Of a stretch of DNA of 20,000 nt, positions 17,113-20,000 are shown piece after piece. Below the pieces are notes generated by a model, which was not told where the DNA came from, did not search any database, and saw only the letters and a program-made list of their open reading frames with translations. Position 1 is the stretch's first letter. Each line of letters opens with the position of its first letter. This DNA comes from Massalongia carnosa (lineage: Eukaryota), in NCBI GenBank assembly GCA_965645245.1, contig OZ287081.1, forward strand, positions 1,974,746 to 1,994,745, written 5' to 3'. The position numbers and the translations under genes are program-made.

Positions 17113-18304
17113 CTAGTCCTCGTCATTGTCATCGTCTTCTTCATCACTAATGTAGACCTTCTGAAAAGCCTGTGTTAGGTCTTCATGTCGCATTTGCATC
17201 TCATTAGTTAAATCCACAAGACTCACGCTTTCTTCTTCCTCCAAATCTATATGTAAACTTGCATCTGTATTCTCATTCTGATCGTAGAAACGCACCATAA
17301 TTATCGCAGAGAAAGCATTTGAATAAAAGTTCTTGCGATGATCGTAAAGGGCTCCCGCAACGCTAAAAACGCGCTCATATCCAACGCTAGCGGCTGGTAC
17401 AACAAGGATAACCCTGGCCACTATACTTATTTGTGGAAATCACGGCTCGAGATCTTTCTACTGTTGTAGAATAGGACCCTAACAATCATCTATCGCTGTA
17501 TATTGTAAATAAGTTGAACACAATATGAAAAGATCTGTTTTATTGTATCAGTTATACTACCTCGCTGAAAATAGCAGTTGAACTCGTTATCAAGAGCGAG
17601 CGAAGTAGCATTTCTCGTACCCAGATAAAGATCCAGATTATTCAAGTCTCGAATTACCGCAATATAAGGCCCGCGTACTTTTGAGGTTTAAGAATTCTCG
17701 TATCGAACTCCGCTTCCAGAGATTGCCAATATTTATCTTCCCATTGACTTTCCCTATAGGGCGTATCCCGATTGGGAACCTTGAAAATCAGGTTCTTCTT
17801 ATTGGGAGATAGCAATACCGCCTTTCCATACAGATAACCTTATGACACCTGAGTTTAGAATAGTATTGACGTAATTTCCCTCGATGCCATTCAATAACGC
17901 ACGTTTTCACGATACAGTGATAGGACGATAGCCAAAAATAAGAAGCAGCGGGCGAATATGAACCTTCCCGATGTAGTCAGTTAAGTTTAGACTAGTAATG
18001 GTAAAACCAGGCCTTTCGGCCTGAATAAAATATTATCTGCTTATCTACCTTCTGAACGTTTTCCAGGTTAAAGGGTTCTCTGATACTTGCTTACGAGATA
18101 ATCTTGCGCGAGCTTGGAACTATTCTTCGGTAGCCTCTCGAGTAAAAGCGGAATAATCTCTTGACTTCGGGTTATCAAGCGATTCTTGATTGTCGATGGT
18201 AAAGAAAACTGTTTATTATCGAGCAGACAGTAAAACGCTATTTGCAATTCAACATTGGCGACACTTCGTAACGGTAGCCCAAGAGCAATAATCATACGAA
18301 GCAA
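17113..18304 (-). pseudogene. Degenerate hAT-superfamily transposase
   Basis: Fragments in the expected order: IIALGLPLRSV...LPKNSSKLAQD (N-terminal region to first catalytic strand), GKLRQYYSKL and AVLLSPNKK (~17795-17880), FPQISIVARVILVVPAASVGYERVFSVAG (dimerisation domain); many stops, frameshifts and apparent deletions. Confidence 0.8.
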
Positions 18305-19793
18305 TTAAGGCGTGAAATTATCCTTTTTAATCAACGCCCGTTGAGAGTTAAGGCCTCTTCTCTTTTTGCTTCAATCTAATATTGATTAGCAAAGCCCGTA
18401 ATGTGGTATTCATTGTGGTAGTTAAACTTCGGCACGATATCCAACCTTTAAGGAAAGTTGATTAAATGTCGACGTCTTTTTACAGGACTCGGAATTTAAG
18501 TGATTAATCATGCAATTATTTCCAGACACCAGTGAGGGATGAGTCAAGACCAGGAAGCATCGCGAGCAAATTATTTTGGGATTACCTATGCCTACAGTGG
18601 CGCTTTCCTGAAACTCTTTCTATTCCGCTGCCTTTCTTTTGGTCGATCCCCAATCGATCTTCTTCATCGCCTTTCTACTCTTCTCTTTATTAGTAAAATG
18701 CCATCTCGTACTATGCCACCATTCCATAAACTCCTGCTCTTCTCGGCTATATATCCGTAGATAGATAGATAATTCTTACACCGTTGTGACTCTAGCCATA
18801 AGGGCCGGCCCATGCGGGATGTGTGCTATTTAGGCTAAACGAGAATAACTTTTTAAGGGACAAAAACCTCTTACCTGTCGTTGGGTCAACGCTATGCCAA
18901 CAACCCAAATGCGTTTTGTATGTACGTGTGTTTTTAGGCTGACTACCTAACCAAGTGTGTTGACTTATTGAGACTTATACAGTTGCTGCGTGGCTATTGT
19001 AAACTATTCGAAGAGGCCACTTTTTATTAACAATTCAGTGACGATTTTCATTTTGTTTGGACTTTCGATAATAATACGGTACTCCGTCGCTTCTACGGCT
19101 GTCAAGGACTGAGTTAGGGATTGAACTAATGTTCCTAAGACTGGGATTGGGTGATAAAGAAGTCTTTATTAATAAAGCTATAGTTACGGGATAGTTTGCT
19201 ATACAAGACGTCGGACGAGGAGTCAACTATCTACAGGATATTTCCTCTTTTTATACCTGAGCCAGCCCCTTCTTTCTCATGTTTTACCAGCATCCTAGAT
19301 GAGTTATTTTGGTGATAGTGGCGGCAACAAGTTTGAGCGATAAGTGGGCCAGGGGATTTTATCGTTCTAGCAATAAGAGGGTATAGTGGAGTGAGGAGAT
19401 TTGTATGGTAGAGTAAGGGGTTTATTCAGACTCATACCTAGTAAAAATCTGAATAGGCATTCAGGTGGCTTTTACCTCGATCGCCGCTTGACGATTCGGT
19501 AATTATTATATTTTAACTAAAACTTTATTTCATGACAACGGCGCTGAGCATGCTTCTTCTGTCCTGTAGGCGACAATGTATTATGATATAGTCTGCCGTT
19601 TGGTAACTCTACCCGCACGGGCATGCCGCGCTCTAAATACATGGAACGCGCTGTTTGTATAGAAATAATGCCAAACCTATCTTTTCCGTCCTGATTTATG
19701 TAGCCAGCGCATTTTCCGCGTTGGCCAATACATCACGTATCTTTAGTCTTTTTTTGTCTATTGAGGATGACTGGGCTGCGACGGGTAGGCGCT

Positions 19794-19802
19794 GGAGGGT
19801 GA

Positions 19803-19843
<41 letters not shown>
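19794..19843 (+). repeat. Telomere-variant repeats: GGAGGG, TGAGAGGG, then 6 x TGAGGG
   Basis: Directly visible immediately proximal to the TTAGGG array. Confidence 0.95.
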
Positions 19844-19844
<1 letters not shown>

Positions 19845-20000
19845 TAGGGTTAGGGTTAGGGTTAGGGTTAGGGTTAGGGTTAGGGTTAGGGTTAGGGTTA
19901 GGGTTAGGGTTAGGGTTAGGGTTAGGGTTAGGGTTAGGGTTAGGGTTAGGGTTAGGGTTAGGGTTAGGGTTAGGGTTAGGGTTAGGGTTAGGGTTAGGGT
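19844..20000 (+). repeat. Telomere (TTAGGG)n, 26 perfect units to the window end
   Basis: G-rich strand runs 5'->3' toward the end of the sequence. Confidence 0.99.

Noticed and set aside
18910..19793. Short ORFs and a lone GTTAGGG in the telomere-adjacent ~900 bp
   Set aside because: No domain motif or repeat structure that I could support

Overview
This is the right-hand end of a fungal (probably ascomycete) chromosome, ending in a TTAGGG telomere tract and made almost entirely of subtelomeric and mobile DNA. From left to right: (1) a frameshifted telomere-linked RecQ-type helicase gene whose N-terminal part carries a tyrosine-recombinase-like motif set; (2) a tyrosine-recombinase (Ngaro/DIRS-group) retrotransposon (gag, RT, RNase H, YR); (3) a 6.85-kb chromodomain Ty3/Gypsy LTR element inserted in reverse inside that element's pol (159-bp LTRs, GGTAT TSD); (4) an apparently intact piggyBac element with non-TTAA flanks; (5) a decayed hAT element; (6) variant TGAGGG repeats followed by canonical TTAGGG repeats. 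The most interesting observations are the putative YR-RecQ fusion in the telomere-linked helicase and two expression signals in the YR retroelement: an in-frame UAG plus long stem-loop between gag and pol (candidate readthrough), and a phase-matched splice donor/branch/acceptor that would fuse the Gag N-terminus to the ATG-less recombinase. All analysis was by eye; no searches were run.
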